DNA from: Eledone cirrhosa
Lineage: Eukaryota
Reading direction: 5' to 3'
Assembly (NCBI GenBank): GCA_964016885.1
Contig: OZ024750.1
Coordinates: forward strand, 21,018,001 to 21,082,000
Length of the DNA: 64,000 nucleotides
Part shown: piece after piece, positions 29,741-46,390 of the stretch
How positions within the stretch are numbered: position 1 is the stretch's first letter
Layout: every line of letters begins with the position of its first letter
Position numbers and translations under genes: made by a program
Notes under the pieces: generated by a model
The model's input: the letters and a program-made list of their open reading frames with translations, nothing else
What the model was told of the DNA's origin: nothing
Database searches by the model: none

Positions 29741-30856
29741 AGAGGGTATTACGTTGTGTATGTGTATGTGTAGGGAGTCGTTACGTTTGTGTATATGTGA
29801 GGTAACTCGACATTTCGACAAGTAGATGGATAAACTACTGTTAGAGTTGATATAAAAATTACTAGGGTTGTTATGACTGAATCACGTGCTTTAACGCAGT
29901 GCCCCAACGTGGCCACAGAGAAAACATAAATGTATTCCCAATGGATTAAGAAAGCACAAATCCTTGTACAACTACTTTTCTAACTCATGATAAACGTCTG
30001 GCAGAGATTAAGAAACATGTATATTTATATAAACCATTTAACTAGGATTTTTATATCTGAAAATCCTGTTCCCTCAAACATCATTCTATAGAGCCTATTA
30101 TTGTGTGATAGCACATAGCATATATAACACAGATACAGCATAGAGCATATATAACACGCGACATATAAAAGTTGATTCTTCTTTAGAATATCCATACGAA
30201 AGAATTATTAATTTATTAATTTATTACACAGATATGTATTCTATTTATAAAATTAAATATTTACGCCCTCATATTTATGCCGATCGCAAATTTGGTAATA
30301 TTTGGCACCACTGCTTCTGAAATTTTTGTTTTCTTTTATTCAGCGGATATTCTTTGAGGTATCAGCTAGTTAGCTACGTGTCATTATGTTTGGATTCTTG
30401 TTGAAAGTGTATATATAAAAGAAACACGAAACATATGTCAATATAAACTCACATATTTGACAAAATGTCGAAATAGTGTCGGGCTTCGATCGCCTTGATC
30501 ACACCCGAACTGATCGATATTGAAACAAATGTAGTATGCAAATTACTTCTCTACAGAAGCTGCAAATCTGACTTCAATTATTTCACTATATATATATATA
30601 TATATACACACAGGCACACACACACACACACTTACGCACACACACACACGCACGCACACCCACACACACAATAATACACACACACACAAGACTATGTAGT
30701 TCTCTCACATATAAAAGTTCAGGTTTGCTTACTAACACGCAAGTGCGTATATATATGCAATTGCTTACTTATGTCTATTCTTGTGACAGTATTGTGTACA
30801 TGTATATACATATATTTTCAACACGTGCACACACACACACATACACATATAACAAC

Positions 30857-30965
<109 letters not shown>

Positions 30966-31099
30966 TATATATGCATGGGTACATATATATACATATATTC
31001 ATATACATATACATATATATACATATACATACTTATATAATTATAAATATATATATATATATACATGTATATGTATATATTGATACATATTTATGCATA

Positions 31100-31171
<72 letters not shown>

Positions 31172-31198
31172 TTTATGAAATTATTATTGTATATATAC

Positions 31199-31262
<64 letters not shown>

Positions 31263-31579
31263 ACATTTTCAGCCAGGTGAATTTCATGCCAATGTAACGA
31301 TATGGAAATGAATGAAAATAGAACACCAAATTTCAATTATCATAATAATATCTATCACTAGCCGATATCATACTATTAATTACATTTCTAAGTGTAACGA
31401 TAATTAGGAATAAGTGTTAACTTACTCTATTTTCTGCCTACAAGCCAAATACAATGTTTCCTATCGTATCTCTTTATTCATCTCAAGCCTACGTCTTTAA
31501 CACATTTCTCTCACTTAAGAGCGTGAAATTAAGAAACATTTGTTGTACTGCCTCTCTGTTTTGTTCCCGTTCAATTTTT

Positions 31580-31642
<63 letters not shown>

Positions 31643-31674
31643 ATTCTTTGCTTAAACTTTAATCTGTTATTTTA

Positions 31675-31763
<89 letters not shown>

Positions 31764-31936
31764 GGTGTGTGTGTGTGGAGAGAGAGAGTGCGAGAGATAC
31801 ATGTATGCTGATATATGTATGTCTCTTGTCTTCCCGTTTGTTTTAAAAGTGCAGTTAACCTTTGTTTAACAGTTTTCAGTGGTGGGGTAAAAGTACAGTC
31901 GTTTCAGCGCTCACTTCCTTGTTGATTGACTTTAAT

Positions 31937-32003
<67 letters not shown>

Positions 32004-32005
<2 letters not shown>

Positions 32006-33700
32006 GAAATATAAGAATCAAAGAACTGTTCAAAACATTATTGTGCTTACAGCTGTTTCCTCCAAACCGAGGTTTGGTTTCTTCGGAGCAATTTATTAAT
32101 GCATGGACAGTTATATGACCTCCTTTTCAGCCGAGAGACATACCAATACATATTCAAACATTGATACATATTCAAACATTGTGGGTCAACATTCATTACA
32201 GAATTTAGAGTGGCAGTACACACTTCGAGATTACATTTATATTAATAGGTACAATCAAAAATCAAAGATATAGGTTAAAGTACAACATGAAGATAAGTGG
32301 TTATATAGTGCAAATGTTATATGTGTGGCACGCATGTGCGTCTTGTTTATATAGTGTGGCAGAGAGATATGTGTGGTAGAGGCACTTAGGTAGGTAAATA
32401 AGAGTGTTAGGTTGGTAGATCTGGTGGCAAAGTCTTTATATGATTGATGTAGTCTGTGTGTGGAGAAATATTATAAGCATTAAAGATAGTGTAAGCATTA
32501 AAAGTGTTATAAGTATTGGAGATGCACAGCGCAGGGATGTCAAGTAATTCATGTACTTCGGCATTTTCATGGTCAAGGGAGTGTATATTTCGATTATATG
32601 CCTTTCATATAATCCACGACAATCCAGTTAGAGATCGTAGTCTGGTGTTCTTTAGTTCGATACAGGAGGTTGTTACGTTTCGAGAAACGCCATTGAATAC
32701 CGGAAGTGTGTGTGTGGCTAAGGGGAGTTAATGCATGCGGGGAGGTAACTCTGGGGTTTCCATATCTAGCCATTAAAATGTGTCCCAATATAGACCCTAA
32801 ATTCTATGGTGAGGTGCACCTTCCAAGAGAGACTTTTAAAGCATAAAGTGTACTAACTATAGAGTAGTTTAACTAAATTATGCTGAAGGTGATCATATTA
32901 TTATTAAGGTGGATTAACCCATCATAAGGTGCTACAAATGGAAATTATAGATGATGAGCGAGGATTCTAAATTAATGATCTCTGTGGTTGTAGTCTGCTC
33001 ATATGGCCAGGCGCGGTGATTGCAGGATTGCTTCAGGACCCAATGATCTCTGGTAAGATCTGGGTCATCACTTGCTACATTGGATGTCGAAAGATAATCG
33101 TCCCCAGGCAGGCCAAAGGTCAATCCGCAGTCCTCGCGACCCCTCTCTGACCGTCAGATCATCCATATACGTACAACCCGCACGGCAGTTGCATTGCATT
33201 CACTCACTGCGCTCCGCAGCCCGGTTCTACAGGTCAACAGCGCTACTCGATTAAATCATTTTACATCTGTCTAAGGAAGGTGTTTCCTCTGCCCAACACC
33301 ATCCAACCGATCAATTCATGCTCAAATTACCCTTAGAGCGGTGTAGTGCCGTCCAAGTGGGTGGATGTTGTCACACCTGCCGTAGAGGTATAAATGGGTA
33401 TTTTCCCTGCGAAGGGTTCCAGAGGGATGTCGTTGTTTGTGTTATAATGGATCAGCTAGTGTTGGGTATGTAGTATAGGGTGTGTCTCTGGTGTTTGATG
33501 CTAGATGTGGTGTTGGGTTCCAGTCCGACATTGCTATATATAGGGCTTAAAGTTTTGGAAGGAATGTCTGAGGCGGTGCTGGCAAGTTGCAAACACCTCA
33601 GATTTTTTGTTAAGTAGGTTACGGTTGGTGTGTGTAAAATACTTACAACTGCTTAAGGTTTTGTGTTTACATAACCATAAATAGTATAACTAATACTATA
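32004..33700 (-). mobile_element. Penelope-like family C: inverted 3' region (32004-33610, matching ~38586-40171) joined to the direct terminal segment (33626-33700, matching ~40264-40335)
   Basis: High identity to the 36650 element; (TA)n on both sides. Confidence 0.92.
32044..32090 (-). ncRNA. Minimal type I hammerhead with CCGAAGA core
   Basis: Reverse complement of 40083-40129. Confidence 0.75.
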
Positions 33701-33790
33701 TATATATATATATATATACATATACATATGTAAGTATATATATATATATAATAGTCTTAAACAATCAAATCTTTTCATGTTCTAACACTT

Positions 33791-33831
<41 letters not shown>

Positions 33832-33838
33832 GTATTTG

Positions 33839-33924
<86 letters not shown>

Positions 33925-33927
33925 TAT

Positions 33928-34123
33928 AGTTTTAATATAGATGAGATTCTACAGGACTAGAACTGTTTCATTCTTTAGAAATCATCAGGATTCCTGATGA
34001 TTTCTAAAGAATGAAACAGTTCTAGTCCTGTAGAATCTCATCTATATTAAAACTGTTATACTCTGCAATGTATTGAGTACCTTACCTACTGTGGTTACCT
34101 CCGATTCAACCCGGAATAACGTA
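33928..34123 (+). mobile_element. Family B pLTR-like element with a perfect 63-bp fold-back (33928-33990 / 33992-34054)
   Basis: Palindrome in (TA)n; direct copy at 57727-57862; terminal fragment at 62949-62988. Confidence 0.88.
33989..34037 (+). ncRNA. Type I hammerhead ribozyme
   Basis: GATTC-CTGATGA-TTTCTAAAGAAT-GAAACAG.TTCTAGTC.CTGTA-GAATC. Confidence 0.85.
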
Positions 34124-34627
34124 CCTAAATAAATATATATATATTTATATATATATGATGAGTAACACTAAAGTATAATAGAGGGCAATATATATGTCAT
34201 TTTTTTTTAGACCGTAAGTTTGAGTGAAAGGGATTTAGATTATCAAATGATAACATAGAAGCGTTTTCATTTGAGCAGTTACAGTTTGATTACATTTCAA
34301 TGATCATTAAAGTAGTTATCATTTTCGTAGATCAGATTCGCGAAAATCGATGGTATATTTGCTTTGTGGAAAGATAAGAAGTATAGTAATTTTTTTGTCT
34401 GAAAAGATTGATATGTCAACATCCAACTCTCACCATATCCTGACATACAAAATTGTTTGGCATGAAATATGATGGAAAACACCCTGTATAAATTGACAAT
34501 TATTGCAATAAAGTGTTAAAACTAAAGCAGAAATCCAATCAGCGATATAATTACATTATCATAATTACTATTATGATTAGTATTAACAGTACTTATATTG
34601 GTGTTGGTGGGGGTGGGGATGGGGGTC

Positions 34628-34675
<48 letters not shown>

Positions 34676-35050
34676 CAGTAGTTGTAGCAATGATAATTAT
34701 ACGACGGCCGTTTCGACAGCTAGATCCCAACGTTGGTCCGTTGTGGTCCACCTAATCTATTTTCGCAATTCCCTTGTTTAAAAAAAAAAATATATATATA
34801 TATATGGAGGGGGTTATAGGTCACTTGAAGCATTGTGTAATGAGGTTTAAACGTTTGTATATGTATAATAAAGCCAAAACAATCTCAAAATTATTTTTGA
34901 AAAGCATTATAAATGCGCAACCGGTAAAAACATAAAACTGAAACTGAAACTGAATACCAACCAATACTTATTACTAATTTATACTTATTCCTAATTAAAC
35001 TATTTTTCACTGGGAAAAATTCGTCAGCATTTTCTTTTCCTTTTACTAAT

Positions 35051-36649
<1,599 letters not shown>

Positions 36650-36652
<3 letters not shown>

Positions 36653-38664
36653 TAACCACCTTCAAAAACTTAGAAGATATTAATGTAGAGGGTTATAATA
36701 TAGTGTCTAAACTAGGACTACAGAGGCATACACAACCTTTCACTCCGAACCCCCCTAGATTCTCTCTGAAGGACCATAAGGAGAACTTCATCAGCAACCC
36801 CACGATAAGACTTATCTGCCCTTCCAAGTCCGACATTGGTATTATCAGCAAGAAGATTTTGGATAAAATCATCCCACAAATTAAACACAAGATACACCTT
36901 AAACAATGGGGAAATACGGGTGAAGTAATTGAATGGTTTAAGGATATCAAGAATAATAAAAACAAAAAATTTATTCAATTTGATATCAATTCATACTACA
37001 CCTCTATTTCCCCTATCCTATTAAATAAGGCACTTATCATGGCCATGACCAATAGCGACCTGACTAGAGCCCAGGTTGATGTCATCCTTGCGGCCCGTAA
37101 AACCATAATCACCTTCGAGGACCAACTATGGACACGCAAGGATACGCACAACAACTTCGACATAACCATGGGATCTAGTGACTCGGCGCAGGTCACTGAT
37201 TTGGTCGGCCTATACCTCCTCAATGAAATCCATAAAGACCTCCCTTACCTCAACGGTGGTTTGCACCGCGATGATGCACTTCTACTCATAGAATATAAAA
37301 AATTTAATATAGAAAGAACTAGAAAACAACTGCATAAGACATTCAAAAACTTTAACCTTAGTATCACCATGGACAAAAACACTAAAAATGTTAACTTCCT
37401 AGACGCCACACTATACCTAGACTCAAAAATATATACACCTTTCCATAAGCCTAATGAGAAACTTATTTACGTAGATACCAAGTCTAATCACCCTAGATCA
37501 ATATTAAACTCTATCTCTAAGGGGGTGTCCAATAGAATCTCTAGTCTGTCCTATGACGCAAACATATTTAGCAAAAACTCACAATATTACAATCAAGCAT
37601 TAGCTAGCTCCGGCCATAATATAGAAATTGAGTTCCTACCTAAGAAAACACATAGCTACAACATAATCTCGCACAACATGTCCATGAGGAAATCTAATAA
37701 TAGGAATAGCAACCACAAGTACAACAAAGCGGAGGGTGCCACAGGAAGTAACCATTACCATGGAAACTACTGTGAGGCCTTAGGAGGAAGCAACACACCA
37801 AACACTAAAAACAAAAATAGAAGAAGAAATAATACATTTTTCAACCCTCCTTTCAACCTAAATGTCTCCACCAACATACCTAGGGCTTTCTTCTCACTAC
37901 TAGATAAAAACTTCCCTCTAGGACACAAGTACCACAACCTCTTAAACAAAAACACCATTAAAATCTCATACTCTACGACGCCTAACTTAGCATACCACAT
38001 AGCTAGCAGCAATAATAGTAAAATTAGTTCTTACTTCCAACAAACAAAATCACAACAGGATGCAAACCCTCTAAATACCACTGTAGCAAGCAACAATAGC
38101 AACGGCAGTAACAATAGAAATAACACTAGTATAAGTAATAACACCAGGGTTGCCAACCCGAACACCCAAAATCCTATATCCACCACACAGACTTCCGCAT
38201 TGCATTATAACCAGCGGACTAACGCACAGAATAATTGTAACTGTAGAGCTAATAGAACCTGCCCTTTAGATAAAAAATGCCTAACCAAGGATGTCATATA
38301 CTCATGCACAGTCACGACTAATAACTCTTCAGAAACCTATGTAGGCTCCACTTCTAACTGCTTCAAAATCAGATATAACTCGCACATCCACTCGTTCAAA
38401 AAGCACAGCCTAGCCAACTCCACCTCACTTTCTAGCTACATACACTATCTAAAATCTAAAAATAAACCATACACACTCAAATGGGAAGTGATAGGCAGCG
38501 CGACCTCGTACAAACCACCTAATAAATTCTGTAACCTCTGTATTCTAGAGACACACAATATTATCTTCTCCAACCGTAACCTACTTAACAAAAAATCTGA
38601 GGTGTTTGCAACTTGCCAGCACCGCCTCAGACATTCCTTCCAAAACTTTAAGCCCTATATATAG
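36650..38664 (+). CDS. Penelope-like element ORF (RT + C-terminal GIY-YIG endonuclease), Naiad-type, N-terminally truncated
   Basis: [82 protein letters not shown]. The first ~205 aa of the tracked ORF are only (TA)n translation. Confidence 0.9.
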
Positions 38665-40335
38665 CAATGTCGGACTGGAACCTAACACCACATCTAGCAT
38701 CAAACACCAGAAACACACCCTATACTACATACCCAACACTAGCTGATCCATTATAACACAAACAACGGCATCCCTCTGGAACCCTTCGCAGGGAAAATAC
38801 CCATTTATACCTCTACGGCAGGTGTGACAACATCCACCCACTTGATGGCACTACACCGCTCTAAGGGTAATTTGAGCATGAATTGATCGGTTGGATGTTG
38901 TTGGGCAGAGGAAACACCTTCCTTAGACAGATGTAAAATGATTTAATCGAGTAGCGCTGTTGACCAGTAGGACCGGGCTGCTGAGCGCAGTGAGTGAATG
39001 CAATGCAACTGCCGTGCGGGTTGTACGTATATGGATGATCTGACGGTCAGAGAGGGGTCGCGAGGACTGCGGATTGACCTTGGCCTGCCTGGGGACGATT
39101 ATCTTTCGACATCCAATGTAGCAAGCGATGACCCAGATCTTACCAGAGATCATTGGGTCCTGAAGCAATCCTGCAATCACCGCGCCTGGTCATATGAGCA
39201 GACTACAACCACAGAGATCATTATTTTAGAATCCTCGCTCATCATCTACAATTTCCATTTGTAGCACCTTAAGATGGGTTAATCCACCTTAATAATAATA
39301 TAAACTACTCTATAGTTAGTACACTTTATGCTTTAAAAGTCTCTCTTGGAAGGTGCACCTCACCATAGAATTTAGGGTCTATATTGGGACACATTTTAAT
39401 GGCTAGATATAGAAACCCCAGAGTTACCTCCCCGCATGCATTAACTCCCCTTAGCCACACACACACTTCCGGTATTCAATGGCGTTTCTCGAAACGTAAC
39501 ATCCCCCTGTATCGAACTAAAGAACACCAGACTACGATCTCTTACTGGATTGTCGTGGATTATGTGAAAGGCATATAATCGAAATATACACTCCCTTGAC
39601 CATGAAAATGCCGAAGTACATGAATTACTTGACATCCCTGCGCTGTGCATCTCCAATACTTATAACACTTTTAATGCTTGCACTATCTTTAATGCTTATA
39701 ATATTTCTCCACACACAGACTATATCAATCATATAAAGACTTTGCCACCAGACCTACCAACCTAACACTCTTATTTACCTACCTAAGTGCCTCTACCACA
39801 CATATCTCTCTGCCACACTATATAAACAAGACGCACATGCGTGCAACACATATAACATTTGCACTATATAACCACTTATCTTCATGTTGTACTTTATCCT
39901 ATATCTTTGATTTTTGATTGTACCTATTAATATAAATGTAATCTCGAAGTGTGTACTGCCACTCTAAATTCTGTAATGAATGTTGACCCACAATGTTTGA
40001 ATATGTATCAATGTTTGAATATGTATTTGGTATGTCTCTCGGCTGAAAAGGAGGTCATATAACTGTCCATGCATTAATAAATTGCTCCGAAGAATCCAAA
40101 CCTCGGTTTGGAGGAAACAGCTGTAAGCACAATAATGTTTTGAACAGTTCTTTGATTCTTATATTTCATATAACTGCTCTGTAAATCATCTGATGTTTTT
40201 ACATTGAGCTACTTAACTTACTGGTAATAAGGTAGTAATACATTACTGCCTACCACTATTTAGGGTGTGTGTAAAATACTTACAACTGCTTAAGGCTTTG
40301 TATTTACATAACCATAAATAGTATAACTAATACTA
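38665..40335 (+). mobile_element. Long 3' UTR/pLTR of the Penelope-like element (family C), ending in (TA)n
   Basis: Contiguous with the ORF; duplicated at 32004-33700; contains a hammerhead. Confidence 0.85.
40083..40129 (+). ncRNA. Minimal type I hammerhead with U4C core variant
   Basis: TGCT-CCGAAGA-A-TCCAAACC.TC.GGTTTGGA-G-GAAAC-AGCT-GTA-AGCA. Confidence 0.8.
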
Positions 40336-40800
40336 TATATATATATATATAGTTAGGGAAGCAGAAAATTTGCTTTTTGTGATCCAGTTCGTGGTTAAGA
40401 AACCCAGTTTCATGGATGGTTTCAACGTACTGTTAAGACTAACTACACAACTTTGTAAGAATTCCGTTCAATCTTAGAGTATAAAGTATAAAAGAGAAAA
40501 CACAGGTAAGCATTAAGAGAAGGATTTTATCCAGGTATTGACAACCGTTTCATTGGTAGGTGCAACCATATATTGCTATACTGCAAATAGCAGCCACTCA
40601 ATTATAATTGTTGTTCACAGTCCAAATTTTCAAAATATTTTCACTATTTTGCAAATTTGGACTGTGAACAACAATTATAATTGAGTGGCTGCTATTTGCA
40701 GTATAGCAATATAAGGTTGCACTTACCAATGCAACGGTCGTAAATACCTGGATAAAATCCTTTTCTCAATGCTTACTTGTGTTTTCTCTTTTATACCATA
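40331..40800 (-). mobile_element. Family J element in (TA)n with palindrome 40486-40796 and a 3' half-hammerhead
   Basis: Arms ~150 bp, centre ~40641; GAAAC-GGT(C/T)-GT(A/C)-AATAC present, CTGANGA absent. Confidence 0.65.
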
Positions 40801-40873
40801 TATATATTTATATATATATACATACATAATATATATATATATTTCGCTTCTGAATGACTCTCCCAAAGTATAA

Positions 40874-40996
<123 letters not shown>

Positions 40997-41024
40997 CATA
41001 TATATACATATATATACATATTTA

Positions 41025-41058
<34 letters not shown>

Positions 41059-41150
41059 CATATATATATATACATATATATATATATACATATATATACA
41101 TATATATACATATTTATACATATATATATGTATATATATATATATATATA

Positions 41151-41182
<32 letters not shown>

Positions 41183-41239
41183 ATATATATATATATATAC
41201 ACATATATATATATACATATATTCATATATATACATATT

Positions 41240-41298
<59 letters not shown>

Positions 41299-41299
41299 T

Positions 41300-41367
<68 letters not shown>

Positions 41368-41390
41368 TATATGTATATGTAATAAGGTAG

Positions 41391-41455
41391 TAATAAATTA
41401 CTGACCTTTCCTGTTTATAGTTGTTTATAGTATATACATAACTCTAGATAGTATC

Positions 41456-41460
<5 letters not shown>
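41391..41460 (+). mobile_element. Diverged terminal fragment related to the family C pLTR end
   Basis: AATAAGGTAGTAATAAATTACTG..TACATAAC..ATAGTAT(TA)n versus 40227-40335. Confidence 0.6.
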
Positions 41461-41506
<46 letters not shown>

Positions 41507-41509
41507 ATT

Positions 41510-42080
41510 GAGAGAGGGGGGTCAAAAATGTTAGGAGGTAATTAATTTTACTTTATTGTTTCCTTATAATACAGACGGAAAAAAATCAAATGCTATTAAA
41601 CAGCCATCAAAAAAACACGCTACCACTAAACGTGACAGTACAGATCATCATTTATTATATATCAATATAGTGAGTTCTTAGAAATTGTAACACAACAATA
41701 ATGACGATAACCCTATTTGCACTGATACTACCAAATGTATAATAAATTGTCAGATTCATTAGAACGTCTGATGAAACACTGTTCGATATTCTTTCTGTTT
41801 TCGAGTGCTCTCAGTTAAAACATGATCAAGGTCAACTTTACCAGTCATCATTCTAGCCTCGATAAATATTAGACTTGTACAGCAAGACAATCTAAATGGG
41901 CATCGTCGAACTCAACGGAGGATGAACCGTCTTCATTGCTGTTCATTATTTGCGGTCTCATTGCAGGTTGGTGTACTTCTAACTGGATCGTAATGTTGAC
42001 CATTCTATTATCCAAGAGTAGTTATGTCTTTAGCTGGGCACTTTATTTCATGGGGCTCCAATCCACTCATATGAGAGAAA
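41510..42080 (+). repeat. Dispersed duplication, copy 2
   Basis: See 29165-29740. Confidence 0.9.
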
Positions 42081-43754
42081 ATCAGTTCTCTCACACTCTA
42101 CGTTAAAGGCACACTTACCTATGAAATGCTCATTCATTTGAAAGTTTTATTCAGGAGCATCATGTAGTGTTGATTAAACGACTGAAACATTTCTCGACGG
42201 AAATGATGGAGATCCAACAATAATATAAAATATATTGTATAATCTTTTTGAATTAGTATTTTTTTATGGTTAGCTTCTTCCAAATGTAGTTATAACAATC
42301 TACATATCTCTGACGTTATTTATAATTAAATTACTTTACAGCTGAGAACATTATACCTATATCTTATTAGTGGAACAGCTAGAAAAGTTATATATATTAC
42401 ATTATATTGAGGATTTATCTGCTTTAAATATTAATTTAACGAGCTAGTAACATTGCTTCCCAATATTTTCTTTCATTCCTGCGTGTCGGATCAAGTGTGG
42501 CAATGCTTAAGATGTCTAATGTATAATGCTCTTTTGTCTTTGCATCTTAATCACATGTTATATTAATGGCTTTAATTAAATTTCTTTTCTCGAAGTTGCA
42601 ATTTTTTTTTAATTACATGACGCAATTTCACATAACAAATTCTGTGAATACTAACATTGACTATACATATAATACGATTATTTTGTGGGGGGAATTATTG
42701 TATGTTACGCTTCCTCCAGACTTGGCACATTCTGACTTGAGGACGTTTCCGAAAAATGAAGTTGCTACTAAAAGTCGAACTATATTCCGGTAGAAGCATT
42801 TAAGATGTGCTTCAAACAGTCGAATGGGAAGTGGGCTGTGTGAAGCCATAACTCTCCTACTTGGCAAAACATTCGCAATTACGCACCGCAAAGTACCATT
42901 CTCCTCTAAATATTCCAGTTATTAGGTTTTTTTCTTTCCATTTTACAAGTATGTGTATATATGTCTATCGCATCGAATATCTTCAAGGATAAGCATGTTT
43001 ATTTTAGCTTTCACCTCATTGAAATGTCAAGCTATTAGTAGCTGTTCTGGGCACCTAGACATAATCTGTCGTCCAGTTTAACCCAACAACTGACACCGGG
43101 TGCCTTTAGTGTGTTACACTCGGCTGAAAATATTCGGCCCAAACCTACGCTTTTGGGTTGATTACACTGTCACACCCGTCCTCATTAACAACTACTGGCG
43201 GCGAGAAAAGCGTTATAGGCACTAATCATTTCTCCGTTATTAAACATTAAAATAAAACCTGACACAAGAAGTGTCAAACCTATAAATGGATGGTTTCAAA
43301 TCTTAACCACGCTGCCACGTCCTATATATTGATACCCCAAGCAAATCACGATTTACTGTTTAAATATATCAGTAACTATTTCCCTTTAGATATTTTTAAT
43401 GAACTCTAATATATATAGAGCGTAAATGAAATGAAATGTATTTATCAAAATGATATATTTACTTAATATTTTTTAGAAATATCATTTTGATATCGAATAA
43501 TTTCATGAGGTGATGTAAAACGAGGCTGGAATTGTTCCTGTGTATTAACTGAGGTGTCATGCTGCGTAAACATGAGTGGTTTCATAAAACACCTAGACGG
43601 GAATTCCTGATGTGTATATGAATTTATTTACAAATACACCACACCTCCCACCCCACCCACACCCACACAGACACACACATACAGCCATGTCTATATATAT
43701 ATATATGTTTATATCTCTCTCTCTCGCTCTCACTTTCTCTCTCTCTCTCTATAT

Positions 43755-43829
<75 letters not shown>

Positions 43830-43834
<5 letters not shown>

Positions 43835-44036
43835 AGTAAGTAAGACCCCGACGGCTGAGCTCAAGCCGTTTCGACGGCTAATTCTGTACTAGTTATTGAG
43901 TACAGAATTAGCCGTCGAAACGGCTTGAGCTCAGCCGTCGGTGTCTTACTTACTCCTATTACCCACTCTACTACCCTAAGTATTGAGTACTTTGTGCGTT
44001 ATGGTCCACCTGGTTCCTTACCACTTTTCCTTCGCT
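43830..44036 (+). mobile_element. Family E element in (TA)n with fold-back (43830-43890 / 43899-43959) and a 3' half-hammerhead
   Basis: GAAACGGCT.TGAGCTC.AGCCGTC (stem III + GUC); TATTGAGTAC downstream. Confidence 0.75.
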
Positions 44037-44046
44037 ATATATATAT

Positions 44047-44085
<39 letters not shown>

Positions 44086-44505
44086 TAACTCCCTCTGGTC
44101 GAGCAATCTTTGAAGTGTGGGGACAACTGGAAAGCTTCCATTACTCATACTTCTCGCCTTCTTCACTACCTCTTCTACGGCCTCGATATGAATACCCCCT
44201 CCGCCTCCGTGGTATTTTCTTCGTGGTTATAAGAGGCTTAGCTCTGTTTCTCGACCGTTATATCGCGTGACTGTCTCCCCCTCCGTCTTTTGGGATTCTT
44301 TCTCACGTCGTGTAGACGCGTTCTTGAGACTAGTAAAATGAGGTATCCTCTTGATAAGTCGGCAGACCTCGCAAGAACTCTATATCTTTGATATATTGTT
44401 TTTGTTTATGCCACGAAACTACGTAGTCGAGGAATTTAGGAACAGTTTAGGTATGATACATTTTATTACTAATTATATCTAAATGTTTCTTCTCTCTTCA
44501 TAATG

Positions 44506-44562
<57 letters not shown>

Positions 44563-44587
44563 GGGGAGAGAGATAGAGAGAGCGGGG

Positions 44588-44645
<58 letters not shown>

Positions 44646-44894
44646 GAGAGAGAGAATGACCTAGTTGAAATTGAAAGAATTTAATTCTACAAATGATTCA
44701 ATGGAGACTGGCGGACCATAAGACGATAAATACGATGCATCTGTCCTTTGCACTACATAATTTCAAGCATTTAGATATCGTCAGAAGCTTTTAATAGCGC
44801 CTCTGAATTATTGTTGTATCAAGGGAACTGATAGCATAGAGCTTCTGTCATCTTTACCAGGATCTATATTGGAAAACACCAATATTACCATACA

Positions 44895-44930
<36 letters not shown>

Positions 44931-44937
<7 letters not shown>

Positions 44938-45308
44938 ATGCTTTGGGAGAGTCATGTTGCTAATAAGAAACACACGCACCAGATGCTTCACTCCAATATA
45001 TTATACAGTTAAATTTATAAATTTAAGAATTTATAAATTTCCGGTTGGTTGGTTGATCACTGAAGAGGTTACATAATGTGTGACGAAAGAATTTTTGACA
45101 ATATATGAACAACCGTCCGGTTGTGGAACTAACCAACCAACCGGAAATTTATAAATTCTTAAATTTATAAATTTAATTTATAATAAATTGGACTGAAAGC
45201 TTCTGGTGTGTGTGTTTCTTATTGGCAACATGACCCTCACAAAGTATAACAATATCGGTTTCAACACATGTTTTCTGATAAAGAAGCTTTCTAAACAAAT
45301 TCAGAAAC

Positions 45309-45312
<4 letters not shown>
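44931..45312 (+). mobile_element. Family D element: inverted arm 44931-45055 plus direct copy 45057-45312 with a decayed hammerhead
   Basis: Homologous to 52963-53280; CTGAAGA at 45060; internally deleted end fragment at 40831-40878. Confidence 0.85.
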
Positions 45313-46390
<1,078 letters not shown>

